A stretch of 64,000 bases of DNA from IMG/VR virus record IMGVR_UViG_3300045999_009829, one strand, 5' to 3'. Under the pieces are notes generated by a model. That model saw only the letters and a program-made list of their open reading frames with translations, did no database searches and was not told the DNA's origin. This DNA is from a virus. The position numbers and the translations under genes were made by a program. Shown here in pieces: positions 17,901-27,922 of the stretch (position 1 is its first letter; each line of letters opens with the position of its first letter).

Positions 17901-18515
17901 TTAGGCGTTAACGTCGATCTGCGGGGAGGTCGGGCCGCCCTCTAGATCGACGTTATTCATCAGAGGCACCCAGTAGTCGTAGGCAAACGTAACGCCGAAT
18001 GTCTGAATGGTATTCTGGGCTTCCCAGTCAAGAGCCATCTCATCGACAGCAACTGGGAACAGGTTTACAAACGTGTAAGCCTTAATGAAGTCATTATCAC
18101 CACCTTGAGTTCCTCTCTTCGAGTACTGTCTTACAGTAGCGGTGCCCTTATATCCACCACGGGGATTGTCAGAAACAACCCTTCTGTTGGAGACGATCGT
18201 GTTGACGTTGTTATGCCAAGCTTCCATGGCATTTCTGACCGAGTAGTCTTCGTCGTTCATGATCGTGACAGACCAATCGGCAAATGTTCTGTCGCCTGCA
18301 ACCTTTATGTTTCTACCGAAGTAGGGAACGTCGACTGAACCTACAGTTGAAGCAGGGATTGAGGTGGCCCTAGCTGTAAACCTTAGCTTCTCTGCCGCAC
18401 CCGAGGGAACGCCCACCAGAGCGGTCGGGAAGGTTACGACCACATCGAAGAGGGTGGGCCTAGCACCGCCGTGTCTAAGCCCGTTGTTGACAAAGTTGTT
18501 AATGTTAAAAGCCAT
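17901..18515 (-). CDS. gp19: tail tube protein
   Basis: GGARPTLF, VPYFGRNIKVAGDRTFADWSVTIMNDEDY, F.VTFAYDYW. Confidence 0.97.
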   Translation of the reverse strand: MAFNINNFVNNGLRHGGARPTLFDVVVTFPTALVGVPSGAAEKLRFTARATSIPASTVGSVDVPYFGRNIKVAGDRTFADWSVTIMNDEDYSVRNAMEAWHNNVNTIVSNRRVVSDNPRGGYKGTATVRQYSKRGTQGGDNDFIKAYTFVNLFPVAVDEMALDWEAQNTIQTFGVTFAYDYWVPLMNNVDLEGGPTSPQIDVNA

Positions 18516-18537
18516 CAGAGTAACTCCTTGTTTCCTC

Positions 18538-18545
18538 TATTTATT
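18538..18545 (-). promoter_or_regulatory. late promoter AATAAATA (gp19)
   Basis: Upstream of the AAGGAG SD of gp19. Confidence 0.7.
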
Positions 18546-20625
18546 AGAATCGACCGACGACTGTAGAGAACTCTACACCCGTTCTGACGGCGACAAAGTT
18601 CAGCTGGATGAAATTGATCGAGCGATTTGGCTTGATGTAGATGTCACCCCAGAACTCGTTACGATCAATTCTCTCAGGCGTATTGTTTGTGTTGTCGCAC
18701 ACAACGAGGAAGTCGGTGACACCGCGACGTGACTGAACATCTCTGAGGAAAGGCGTGATCAGGTTTCTAAACTGAGCCCTTGTAAACTCGTCATTGAACT
18801 CAAATAGCGAGAATCTTGCGGACTGAGAGATAGCCTTCTCAAGTGTAATGAAGAGTCTGCGAACGTTAAGTCTATCAAATGCCGAAGACTTTACAGTGGC
18901 CGTCTTGTCACCATAGAGAACAGTTCCCTGACCTGGGAATGAAACAACCGGGTTGATCGCACTCTTGTAAAGAACGTCACGGTCAGCCTGTGTTGGATTG
19001 AAGCGAAGCTTCACGATGTTCCTGATCTGACCGCGGTTGAAACCAGCGGGCGAGTACCAGGGATCCGTCGATGCATCAGACCTTGCGGTCAGACCGGCGA
19101 TGTCACCGTTTAGCGGAACATAGCGGTACACGTCGTTGTAACGGTCGTACATGTACTTGTAGCCAGAGTCAAGGAAGGCATAGGTTGAGTCGCGAACGCT
19201 TGTCTTCCATGTAGCAAGTGCTATGGCTTCGTTTCCAACATTTGTTCTTGTAATGGAATCATCAGGTGTGATGAAGACCACGCAGTCCTTGCGAAGTTCA
19301 GCAATGTTGTCGATCAGGTAGTTACCGACCTGCGTGTTTGAAACACCGCCGCGTGGCTTGCCTGCCATGACTAGCGATATGTCAGCTGTTTCCTTTAGCT
19401 TGAACAGGTCATATGCAGTTGTCAGTGTGGTGATGGGGACATTGCCCTCGTCAGCACCGTCCTGACCGGCAGTAAAGTCAAGTGTAAGAGGCTTCACATT
19501 TGTGGAGCTAACAATGTTTGCCGCTGTGTTTGAGAGAGCATTCGAGCGGTCGTTTGCCCACCACACGTACCTTGAGCCATCATTGATTACGGTCTTGTAG
19601 TAGATGGAAGCGCCGTCAGAGCTCTTGGCATCGGTTGCACGAGACATTGCCGGGAAGACCTCAAGGATCCCGCCAGCCACGCCGTTGAACTTGCCGTCCT
19701 GGTCAATAATAACTGCATGAACCTGGTCGATTGCGGCTGTATTGCCACCGTATGTTGCCACCCACTCAGAGGTACCTGGGGCTCCATCAACTACGTTGAA
19801 GTATTCCCAATTTCTGGTGAGATTTGCAACAGTCGTGTTTCCGTTGACCGTATTGCTGATCACGAAGTTGGCTGCAAGCTTGTTATAGTCAGAGAATGAC
19901 ACGTCAACAATTGCGTGTGTCGTATTTGTTGTCAGAGCGCCGATTGCACTGATCTTTAGGTACTGAGTGCCGAGTGTTGTGTTGCCGATCTTGATCAGGT
20001 CGCCGATTGAAAGCTGTCCGATGACCGTATTTGCATAGGTGTTGGCAGCGGCCGCGGTACCGGAAGTCTCAAACAGCATTGAGGCTGTATTTGAGCCCAC
20101 GTTGACCGTGAAGGATCCCGTGATGGTGTTTCCGGTCTCAGTGCCGATCAGGTCGATTGTTGAACCGAACGCAGTCGTGCTGTCGCAAACGCTGATGCGA
20201 AGTGAGTTGCCGAGGTCGCCGGGATACTTGGCGATATAAGCGGCATTCGCATTGAACGATGAATATGAGTCGTAGTTGTCTCTGTTGGTTACAGCGACGG
20301 TGGCTACGTTGATTGCGCCTGTGTTGGCAACAGCATTGAGAGCCGCATTTGCGCCCGAATCTGCTGTGTTGGCTGCACGTGCAAGAAGAAGCACGTTGCC
20401 ATAGCCAAGAAAGTTGGCTGCTGTGAAGAATGTTTCTGGGTTGAACGATGTAGGTCTGCCGAATGTGTCAACGAGCTTGTTCTCTGAGTCGATTAGGACT
20501 CTCTCGCCGACTGGACCCCAACGGAATACGCCGGCAAATGCGCCGACAGTAGACGATACGCCTGGTACCGACGTTGTTAGATCAATCTCGGAAACGTTTA
20601 CGCCTGGGCTTACTTGAAACGCCAT
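18544..20625 (-). CDS. gp18: tail sheath protein
   Basis: SPGVNVSEIDLT, PWYSPAGFNRGQI, FDRLNVRRLF, IKPNRSINFIQLNFVA. Confidence 0.99.
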   Translation of the reverse strand: MAFQVSPGVNVSEIDLTTSVPGVSSTVGAFAGVFRWGPVGERVLIDSENKLVDTFGRPTSFNPETFFTAANFLGYGNVLLLARAANTADSGANAALNAVANTGAINVATVAVTNRDNYDSYSSFNANAAYIAKYPGDLGNSLRISVCDSTTAFGSTIDLIGTETGNTITGSFTVNVGSNTASMLFETSGTAAAANTYANTVIGQLSIGDLIKIGNTTLGTQYLKISAIGALTTNTTHAIVDVSFSDYNKLAANFVISNTVNGNTTVANLTRNWEYFNVVDGAPGTSEWVATYGGNTAAIDQVHAVIIDQDGKFNGVAGGILEVFPAMSRATDAKSSDGASIYYKTVINDGSRYVWWANDRSNALSNTAANIVSSTNVKPLTLDFTAGQDGADEGNVPITTLTTAYDLFKLKETADISLVMAGKPRGGVSNTQVGNYLIDNIAELRKDCVVFITPDDSITRTNVGNEAIALATWKTSVRDSTYAFLDSGYKYMYDRYNDVYRYVPLNGDIAGLTARSDASTDPWYSPAGFNRGQIRNIVKLRFNPTQADRDVLYKSAINPVVSFPGQGTVLYGDKTATVKSSAFDRLNVRRLFITLEKAISQSARFSLFEFNDEFTRAQFRNLITPFLRDVQSRRGVTDFLVVCDNTNNTPERIDRNEFWGDIYIKPNRSINFIQLNFVAVRTGVEFSTVVGRF

Positions 20626-20660
20626 CTTTATCTCCTTTCAAAGGGACTCTGAGTTTTTCT

Positions 20661-20668
20661 TATTTATT
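20661..20668 (-). promoter_or_regulatory. late promoter AATAAATA (gp18)
   Basis: Located in the gp17-gp18 gap. Confidence 0.7.
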
Positions 20669-22311
20669 CAGAATCGGTCTTCAACCTCCGAGAACCAATT
20701 GCCCTGTCTTGGCGTGTCAATTATCTCATCCGCGTGCATTCCATTGTCTACAAATCCAAACGGCACCAAATCTTGAGCAATCTCTTCGTCAGTTTTTTCC
20801 CGTAACTTTGCCAGTGTATTTATCGAGGTGAGCTCTTTGAAGTACATCTGGTCGGACAGCCAGGCGAACAGGACCAGACCCATGACAAGGTCGTCATGCT
20901 TTCCGGACTCCGCCTCGTACGACACTCCCTTTCTAGAGAACGTGGACAGCTCACTGATGGTGTCAAAGTCGTTGACTATGAGCTGATTCTGCTCTACAAG
21001 AAGCTTGAGGATCGAGCAGCCGACTGACTTGACGGACTTGGTGGTCCTGATGCCCTGGTCGATGTTGGCGCCGAAGCCTGACGTGATCCTCTTTCCAGAT
21101 CTACCTGCGGACTCCGTGAAGAGGACGTTCTCGTACTCGAAGTCAAAGTGCAGAGACGTGGCGACTTGCTCACCTATGTCGTTGATCTCTACGAGCGTGG
21201 CAGCAGAGTTGTATGACTTACAGACTCTGTGTATGATGTCGGCATAGTCGATGGGCGTGATTAGATTGTTCTTGTACGTGCAGGCCTGACTGTAGGGCAT
21301 CTCTGTCACATCGACTATACTGAATGCAGAGTAGTCCAGTCCCTTGCCCCTGGACACGTCTGCTATGCATACGTACGACCTGCCAGGTTTTGGAGTCTCG
21401 TACTGCCTCAAGCCTTCCTTCTCGTACAGAGGAGTCTTGTGCACGAGCTCCTTGAGCTTCCAGCCAGCGATCAGAGTGCCAGACGAGCCAAGGAACTCGA
21501 CCTCATACTCCTGAGCAAACTTCTCGGTGTCGAAGTTCATTGCCGCAAGGGTATCACGGCGCCAGTTGTCGTCTCGACCCGGCACTTCCTTCCATACGAC
21601 CTTGATGGCTCTGTACCCGTTTCTGCCCTCCTGGGCATTCTGCCAGGTCTTGTAGAAGTGGTTGAGCCCGTTCGGCGTGGACACCAGGATGATCTGAGTC
21701 GACTTACCGGATGAGATCGTAGGATACACTGAGGTAAAGAATGTGTCCCAGTTCTCGATGAACGCAGCCTCGTCAATGAACAGCAGGTTGATCGAGAAGC
21801 CGCGAATGTTATTGGATGACGTAGCGGTGGCGAGCACGCGGCTGTTGTTCTCTAGTACAAACGAGCCCTTGTTCCACTCGACCACGCCCTGCTGCAGCCA
21901 CTTCGGCAGGTGCTCGTACGCGAGCTGGATCCTGCTGAGAATCTCTCGGGCAGTCTCAGCCTTGTTTGCCAGCAGAGCAACGGTCTTGTCCGGCTGGAAC
22001 AGGATGTACCAGAGGATGTACGCGCAGGTGGTGGTCGACTTGCCCGACTGACGAGACGTGGCGATGATGGTGTAGCGCTCTTCGGACATCGCCTTGAGCA
22101 TCTCGATCTGGTAGTCATACGGCTCGAAGTTGATCAAGCCGCGGTCGACGTTCACGATCTTCATGTAGGTCTTCACGAAGTACACGATGTCTGTAGAGCA
22201 CTTCATGTACTCCTGGACCATCTCTGGGGTCCAGTTTACTCCAACGCCCGAGCGCTTTAGGTTCGGGTTGCCGAGGTAGCTTTTAAAGTTCGGAATATCC
22301 GCAGCTGACAT
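20668..22311 (-). CDS. gp17: terminase large subunit
   Basis: YLGNPNLK, RQSGKST, IDEAAF, STPNGLNHFY, DVSRGKGLDYS, HDDLVM. Confidence 0.99.
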   Translation of the reverse strand: MSAADIPNFKSYLGNPNLKRSGVGVNWTPEMVQEYMKCSTDIVYFVKTYMKIVNVDRGLINFEPYDYQIEMLKAMSEERYTIIATSRQSGKSTTTCAYILWYILFQPDKTVALLANKAETAREILSRIQLAYEHLPKWLQQGVVEWNKGSFVLENNSRVLATATSSNNIRGFSINLLFIDEAAFIENWDTFFTSVYPTISSGKSTQIILVSTPNGLNHFYKTWQNAQEGRNGYRAIKVVWKEVPGRDDNWRRDTLAAMNFDTEKFAQEYEVEFLGSSGTLIAGWKLKELVHKTPLYEKEGLRQYETPKPGRSYVCIADVSRGKGLDYSAFSIVDVTEMPYSQACTYKNNLITPIDYADIIHRVCKSYNSAATLVEINDIGEQVATSLHFDFEYENVLFTESAGRSGKRITSGFGANIDQGIRTTKSVKSVGCSILKLLVEQNQLIVNDFDTISELSTFSRKGVSYEAESGKHDDLVMGLVLFAWLSDQMYFKELTSINTLAKLREKTDEEIAQDLVPFGFVDNGMHADEIIDTPRQGNWFSEVEDRF

Positions 22312-22317
22312 AGTTAG

Positions 22318-22345
22318 TTGACTTTCGTCCGGATCACGGTATAAT
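22318..22345 (+). promoter_or_regulatory. sigma70-type promoter, antisense to gp16
   Basis: TTGACT-16 nt-TATAAT in the gp16-gp17 gap. Confidence 0.5.
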
Positions 22346-22369
22346 GTCTAGTGACAGAGTGATAAAGCT

Positions 22370-22789
22370 CTATTGTCCCTTGTCCTTCATTGACTGAAGC
22401 ATCTTGCTCAACTCTGCGGTGCTTCCGACAAACAGGTTGTTGGTGACGGACTTTGCCGCCTCATCGTGGGGTACATCGGCCTTGTCGATGGTCCTGATCT
22501 CCTTTTGGAGCTCAAGGAGGTGCTTGCTGGCGACCACGGCCGTGTCCATGAGCTTGGCAAGCACTTCGAACGCCCTGGGGTTCTGTGATTGGTCCGCTAT
22601 GATTGCCAGCTTTGCTATGGCGTCGTTGGCGTTCTCCACAACATCTCTGACGTTGGCCCGAGCAAAGGTGAAGTCCTCTCGGGCAGAGTCGTCGTGCGCT
22701 TTGGCTATGATTGTCGATAGAGCGGTCGACTGGTTGCCCATGGGCGCCAGGTCAAAAGCCTTGTCAATGGGTGATTCATCGTCTGTCAT
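22370..22789 (-). CDS. gp16: terminase small subunit
   Basis: DFTFARAN...SQNPRAFEVLAKL...NNLFVGSTAELSKML. Confidence 0.95.
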   Translation of the reverse strand: MTDDESPIDKAFDLAPMGNQSTALSTIIAKAHDDSAREDFTFARANVRDVVENANDAIAKLAIIADQSQNPRAFEVLAKLMDTAVVASKHLLELQKEIRTIDKADVPHDEAAKSVTNNLFVGSTAELSKMLQSMKDKGQ

Positions 22790-23607
22790 TGCTGTGGGCC
22801 TAGAGGATCATCTATATCTATCACGAAGCCGAAGTCGTCCGTCGCTACGATCTCATCCACCGGAATCGAGAGAGACGAGTTCGACGTGGGCGAGCCGTTG
22901 GCAAGTAGTCCCGGTTGGATATCTATCTTGGCTACCGGGTCAGCGGTCCTGTCGATCTCGTCGTACAGGTTGGTGATGGAGTACTTGATGACCTTCGTAG
23001 ACTTGACTGGTCCGTATAGGTATCCCTTCAGAGTGAAGTCGAGTGTCCAGATCATGGACCGCCTCTCAGTAAACTCACCCTCATACACGTCGTCGAGGTT
23101 GACTCGGTTCAGCACCACTGGTATGTCGTGCTTGATGTCCATCTCTGGAATCAGGAGAGCAGTCACCGTCCAGTCTGGCGTGAAGTAGGGCAGGATCTGC
23201 TCCACGATCTTTGTACCGTCCTCGGCATTCTTGACTAGGATGCTTAGTTGGAACCCGATGTTGTATGGCACCGGGTTGTACTGGTACTTTCTCTTGGCCT
23301 TGTCTGAGCTGTTGTACGCATTTCTATTGATTGTCTGCAATTTTCTGGTGCCGTCGTAGTCGAATCCAGTCATTTCAAACGTCATCATCGGCAGCGGATA
23401 GGTAGCTGTCGGTCTGTCGATGTTGGGATCCTGGAAGACACGAGTCAGCGCCTTGTCCTTGGGACCATACGTGATCGGCACCCTGATTGTAGAGACCTTG
23501 TTTCCGTTCTTGTCAGTTCGGTCTATGTAGATGTTGTTGAACAGAGTACCGAACGTGATGATGTACTTGCGGATCAGGTTGTGGTAGAAGGGCGTGGTGG
23601 AGAACAT
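22786..23607 (-). CDS. gp15: tail terminator / sheath stabilizer
   Basis: FYHNLIRKYIITFGTLFNNI, VPITYGPK, QILPYFTP, WTLDFTLKGYLYGP. Confidence 0.96.
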   Translation of the reverse strand: MFSTTPFYHNLIRKYIITFGTLFNNIYIDRTDKNGNKVSTIRVPITYGPKDKALTRVFQDPNIDRPTATYPLPMMTFEMTGFDYDGTRKLQTINRNAYNSSDKAKRKYQYNPVPYNIGFQLSILVKNAEDGTKIVEQILPYFTPDWTVTALLIPEMDIKHDIPVVLNRVNLDDVYEGEFTERRSMIWTLDFTLKGYLYGPVKSTKVIKYSITNLYDEIDRTADPVAKIDIQPGLLANGSPTSNSSLSIPVDEIVATDDFGFVIDIDDPLGPQQ

Positions 23608-24350
23608 CAGTAGTTATTCTCCGCAAAGGGATTGCGCTCTGTGAAGTCCACAAAGTCGTTGGATCCAAGCGGGAAGTTATCGGTGCCTTCCTGGATGGCG
23701 TCATTGTCAGAAGCGGGATTGAGTGTCGCCAGGTTGTACTTCTCGTCTACGATGACGTTCTCGGACTCATCTAGTAGGATGTTTCCGCTCTCGTCCCTCA
23801 GGGCGTAGTCTAGGATGTTCATGGAGAACTCAGACTGCAGCCTGTCGATCTCTGGAATGCCCGTGTTCATCCTCTCACTGCCGTACTCGAACAGCTCGAC
23901 TGTAATCTCCCACGTGGGCAGGGTGCCCATTGGGTAGAAGAACTCCTGCTTCTTCACGTACATGATCTTGAAGCACTTCTGGTTCAGCGGGAAGTAGATC
24001 AAGTCGCCTTCGTTGGGCCTTGTCTGTCCAGTCAGAGCGGCGACTTCAGCTGAGAACACCCTCTGCGCTATGGAGAACACCGCCTGGTCCCTGATCTGCA
24101 GGCCGAACTTTGACATGAAGTTGCCGTCGCCGGTGAAGCCGTCCACCGACTTGATGTAGAACTCGACAAAGATAGCTCTGTTGTACTCAGAGATGTCGTC
24201 CTCGCCGAACAGCCTGTCATAGCGCTTCAGCTCACGAGGCACGTAGTACATGTCCTCGCCGTAGATCTTGATCGACTCGATGATCAGGTCGTGGAGGAGG
24301 TCTTGCTCGTTGGATGCATCGTAGTTGCGGAAATAGAAGTTGGTTGCCAC
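23607..24350 (-). CDS. gp14: neck protein
   Basis: EQDLLHDLIIESIKIYGED.YYVPR, SKFGLQIRD, RPNEGDLIYFP, DFTERNPF. Confidence 0.95.
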   Translation of the reverse strand: MATNFYFRNYDASNEQDLLHDLIIESIKIYGEDMYYVPRELKRYDRLFGEDDISEYNRAIFVEFYIKSVDGFTGDGNFMSKFGLQIRDQAVFSIAQRVFSAEVAALTGQTRPNEGDLIYFPLNQKCFKIMYVKKQEFFYPMGTLPTWEITVELFEYGSERMNTGIPEIDRLQSEFSMNILDYALRDESGNILLDESENVIVDEKYNLATLNPASDNDAIQEGTDNFPLGSNDFVDFTERNPFAENNY

Positions 24351-24354
24351 CGCA

Positions 24355-25095
24355 CTATCCGATCATGTCGGTTGCAGGCAAGCTGTAGGAGAAGATCATC
24401 TCGGACTCTAGCTGCTGTCTCTCCTGAGTCGCCTCGTCGTATATCTGCTGACCGTTGAACGTCAAGCCGCCTGGCATCTGCATACCCTGGAACTTCTTCA
24501 GGTTGGTACCCCACTGCTGCTTGATCAGGCACGACGCATACCTTAGGAGCCAACGGTCCTTCCACACATCTGAATACACGGTGGGATCCACAATCTGGTA
24601 AGCCTCAGCGATGATGTAGTCGCCCTCGTTGATGATGCTCCAGTCCATGTCGATGTACAGGCGGTTCACGTGCCTGTTGTAGCGCAGGGGCTGCTGACCG
24701 ACTAGCATCTGCTCGAGGAACTGAACGTGAGTCAGCGCCATGTAGTAGGGCACCATCGACACCGACGTGAGCGTGTACAGGTCATTCAGCGCAATCTGGT
24801 ACCTGATGTTGAACAGGTTGTTCGTATTGAGTCCCTGACCGATGGGAAACAGGTTGATCACGCCGATTACGTTCTCTGGGACTGGCACATACCTGTCGAT
24901 CTTCGTCTGGGCGGTCACCTGATAGCGATAGAAGATCTTCTCCGAGCCGTCAAAGTGATAGTCCCAGTAGTAGCTCAGAGCCTCGTCGATCCTGTCATCG
25001 ACCTGGTCGTCGTCGACGTTGATCTCAATAACGGGCTTGCCGAGGTTCCTCAGGCAATACTCCTTGAATGTCGCTCTTGTTGTAGGAAGTGCCAT
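24355..25095 (-). CDS. gp13: neck protein
   Basis: YCLRNLGKPVIEINVDDDQ, QWGTNLKKFQGMQMPGG. Confidence 0.96.
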   Translation of the reverse strand: MALPTTRATFKEYCLRNLGKPVIEINVDDDQVDDRIDEALSYYWDYHFDGSEKIFYRYQVTAQTKIDRYVPVPENVIGVINLFPIGQGLNTNNLFNIRYQIALNDLYTLTSVSMVPYYMALTHVQFLEQMLVGQQPLRYNRHVNRLYIDMDWSIINEGDYIIAEAYQIVDPTVYSDVWKDRWLLRYASCLIKQQWGTNLKKFQGMQMPGGLTFNGQQIYDEATQERQQLESEMIFSYSLPATDMIG

Positions 25096-25120
25096 CAGAT
25101 ACTATTCCTGCATTTTTGAC

Positions 25121-25128
25121 TATTTATT
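25121..25128 (-). promoter_or_regulatory. late promoter AATAAATA (gp13)
   Basis: About 25 nt upstream of gp13. Confidence 0.7.
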
Positions 25129-25342
25129 CTGACTGATCCGTGCTCTCGCTGAGCTCATATGGAATGCCAAAGTAAGCCTTAGCTTCTTGCTCTGAGTCGA
25201 ACCAGAACCATCCGTCGATGGGATACTCGTTCTCAGAGTGTGTTTGCTTGTGGAGAGAGTACGCCTGATATGGACCCAAAACAAAGTTGGGTGCATACAG
25301 CAGCTCTCCGTCCAACTTGTAGAACCCTGATGTGTCTTGCAT
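25124..25342 (-). CDS. small hypothetical protein (possible fibre/LRR partner)
   Basis: GFYKLDGELLYAPNFV...YPIDGWFWFDSEQEAKAYFG; immediately follows the LRR gene. Confidence 0.65.
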   Translation of the reverse strand: MQDTSGFYKLDGELLYAPNFVLGPYQAYSLHKQTHSENEYPIDGWFWFDSEQEAKAYFGIPYELSESTDQSE

Positions 25343-25346
25343 GATG

Positions 25347-27596
25347 TTATCCCGTTACCGTCCAGCCCTTGGCTTGTGCAATTGCCGGATTGTCTGTCAC
25401 TGTTCCCCAGTTGCCAGTAACTGTAATGGTCTGCCCCGTAACTGAGGGCAGATTTGTGTAGATTTCATCTAGTGCAGCCGCAGACAACTTACAGCTAACT
25501 AATGAGAAGGTAAATCTGAAGTTTCTAGCCTCTACCCTTGATAGGGAAGAACATGAGTTAAACATAATGGAAAAACCAGCACTAGATGTCACCGCTGTCG
25601 TTACAAGTGCAGGCACAGATTGAAGACTGGTGCAATTGTTGAACATTGCGTTCATTGAGGTAACAGCCGCGGTGTTGAATAGCGGTACTGTAGTGAGTGC
25701 GGCGCAACCGCTAAACATGCTGTTCATATTAATAACAGCACCGGTGTTAAACAGAGGCACTGTAGTGAGCGCAAAGCAATTGTTGAACATTGCGTTCATG
25801 GCAGTAACTGATGCTGTATTGAATAGCGGTACTGTAGTGAGTGCGGCGCAACCGCTAAACATGGCGGACATGTCAAGAACTGATGCTGTGTTAAACAAAG
25901 GCACTGTAGTGAGTGATGAGCAACCGCTGAACATGCTGGACATATTAGTAACAGCCGCGGTGTTAAACAGAGGTACCGACTTGAGTGATATGCAACCGTT
26001 GAACATATTGGACATATCGTTAACGACTACCGTATTGAATAGCGGCACTGTGGTGAGAGCACGGCAACCGTTAAACATGGTGGCCATGCTTACACTAGCG
26101 CCGGTTGTTCTAATGTTAAACAATGGCACTGTGGTGAGTGATGAGCAACCGCTGAACATGCTGTTCATATTAGTAACAGCAGCAACGTTGAACTGCGGCA
26201 CTGTGGTGAGTGCACCGCAATTTATAAACATACTGGACATATTAGTAACTGATGCTGTATTGAATAGCGGCACTGTGGTGAGTGATGAGCAACCGCTGAA
26301 CATGCTGTTCATATTAGTAACTGATGCTGTGTTGAATAGAGGTACCGACGTGAGTGCACCGCAATTTATAAACATACTGGACACATTAGTAACTGATGCT
26401 GTATTGAATAGCGGCACCGTAGTGAGAGCACGGCAACTGTTGAACATGGTGGACATATCACTGACTGCTACTGTATTGAACTGCGGTACTGTGGTGAGTG
26501 CGGAACAACCGGTGAACATACTGGACACATTAGTAACTGATGCTGTATTGAATAGCGGCACCGTAGTGAGAGCACTGCAAGCAGAAAACATGGTGTTCAT
26601 GGTAGTAACAGCAGATGTGTTGAATAGAGGCACCGACGTGAGTAAAAAGCAATTGCTGAACATACCGAGCATGGTGGTAACTGATGCAGTGTTGAATAGA
26701 GATACCGAGGTGAGCCCAAAGCAACTGTTGAACATGGATTCAGTACTGGTAACAGAAGCAGTACTGGCAAACACCAATTCACGCAACCTTCTCATATTCC
26801 TAAAACGATGCGCCAAGGTAGTCGTGCCGCCGAAGTTTCTAACCGCCACCCTCTCACACATGTTTTTATTGACGTTTATGGTAGTAGAGTCCGATGAAAT
26901 GATCAGCCCGGTTGTCGAAAAGTTTGGGCTTCCCACTTCGATGTCCAACCACCCGGCTTCATATGCTGATAAACCGCTCTGCGTGTGCCTGACATTTAAG
27001 TTCATGGCGGTGAGATTCTGACCCGCCTGCGGAGTCACTGTGATGATGGCTTGCTTGTAGGGCAGCAGTGTGGCAGAGCCGTTGTTGGTGAGCGCAACCG
27101 CAGATCCACCGACAGTAGTGGACACTTGAAATGTATCAGCGGTTGCATTGATCACGTAGTAAACTTGCCCTCGACTCAAGCCCGTCGTGGTGACTATGTT
27201 GTAGAATTGAACAGTCATGTTGTTGCTGTAGCCGTGAGCAGTCCGACCCACTAGGTCACCTGTATCAGTCAGTGTGACTGGAGCATCTGTACCGTTTAGA
27301 TCCGCATCATTGAAGTCGTAGAGCTTCAGTGCAGTAGCGCCGGAGGTGTAGTTTTCTGTGGTGCCGTCGCCCCAGTCGACTGTATAAGCGCCTGCTGCAC
27401 TAAATGCTACGAACGAACTGTTGGTGTGAACCGCCATCAGTCCGCGGAATGCCTGTTCAGAATCGCCCACTGCTGTAAGGGCTCGCCAGGAAGGATTTCG
27501 CACCCATGGAGTATTGACGGGCGTGGCTTCAGGTAGTCTGTAGGTGTTTACCCGCTTCGCTTGTGCTCCAGATCCCAAAATGTTACGGGTGGACAT
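25347..27596 (-). CDS. BspA/DUF285-type leucine-rich-repeat surface protein, probable receptor-binding or decoration protein
   Basis: About 17 tandem 23-aa repeats (VPLFNTASVTNMSSMFSGCSSLTT); N-terminal YTVDWGDG PKD-like motif. Confidence 0.85.
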   Translation of the reverse strand: MSTRNILGSGAQAKRVNTYRLPEATPVNTPWVRNPSWRALTAVGDSEQAFRGLMAVHTNSSFVAFSAAGAYTVDWGDGTTENYTSGATALKLYDFNDADLNGTDAPVTLTDTGDLVGRTAHGYSNNMTVQFYNIVTTTGLSRGQVYYVINATADTFQVSTTVGGSAVALTNNGSATLLPYKQAIITVTPQAGQNLTAMNLNVRHTQSGLSAYEAGWLDIEVGSPNFSTTGLIISSDSTTINVNKNMCERVAVRNFGGTTTLAHRFRNMRRLRELVFASTASVTSTESMFNSCFGLTSVSLFNTASVTTMLGMFSNCFLLTSVPLFNTSAVTTMNTMFSACSALTTVPLFNTASVTNVSSMFTGCSALTTVPQFNTVAVSDMSTMFNSCRALTTVPLFNTASVTNVSSMFINCGALTSVPLFNTASVTNMNSMFSGCSSLTTVPLFNTASVTNMSSMFINCGALTTVPQFNVAAVTNMNSMFSGCSSLTTVPLFNIRTTGASVSMATMFNGCRALTTVPLFNTVVVNDMSNMFNGCISLKSVPLFNTAAVTNMSSMFSGCSSLTTVPLFNTASVLDMSAMFSGCAALTTVPLFNTASVTAMNAMFNNCFALTTVPLFNTGAVINMNSMFSGCAALTTVPLFNTAAVTSMNAMFNNCTSLQSVPALVTTAVTSSAGFSIMFNSCSSLSRVEARNFRFTFSLVSCKLSAAALDEIYTNLPSVTGQTITVTGNWGTVTDNPAIAQAKGWTVTG
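25600..26770 (-). repeat. 69-bp tandem coding repeat array
   Basis: Recurrent gtaactgatgctgtattgaatagcggcactgtggtgagtg unit on the + strand. Confidence 0.85.
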
Positions 27597-27922
27597 CAGG
27601 TAACCTCAGCACCAAACAAAGAAAACGATACGTCGGCTGTTGCGGCTTGCACAGAAACCACATCGGTGGTCGCCAAGGAGATGCCTAGAGTCAAAAAGAT
27701 GCTGTCGTACTGGCTTATCACTGTATCAAACGCGATGTAATGCGAGTTTGCAATAGACGCTCCTGCAGGCCTGATGGCTATTCTGAAGAAGGTAGACGTG
27801 CCTCGATTGGCGATTGCAAGCGTCGAGCAGACAGTGGTTGTGCTGGAAGGCACGGTGTATAGCGTAGTGAGGGTGTTGGCAGCGGGCGCAGATTGACCCA
27901 ATACCTTATAGGCTGTAGGCAT
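27596..27922 (-). CDS. small fibre-associated structural protein
   Basis: YKVLGQSAPAANTLTTLYTVP...LTLGISLATTDVVSV...SFSLFGAEV; resembles the C-terminal domains of 44771..46522. Confidence 0.65.
   Translation of the reverse strand: MPTAYKVLGQSAPAANTLTTLYTVPSSTTTVCSTLAIANRGTSTFFRIAIRPAGASIANSHYIAFDTVISQYDSIFLTLGISLATTDVVSVQAATADVSFSLFGAEVT

Noticed and set aside
4852-22311. Introns or inteins in gp46, uvsW, gp23, gp20 or gp17
   Set aside because: The ORFs are continuous, of ordinary length, and show no splicing or LAGLIDADG motifs.
25630-27021. 463-aa plus-strand ORF
   Set aside because: It is the antisense shadow of the 69-bp LRR repeats, mirrors their periodicity, and lies opposite a clearly real gene.
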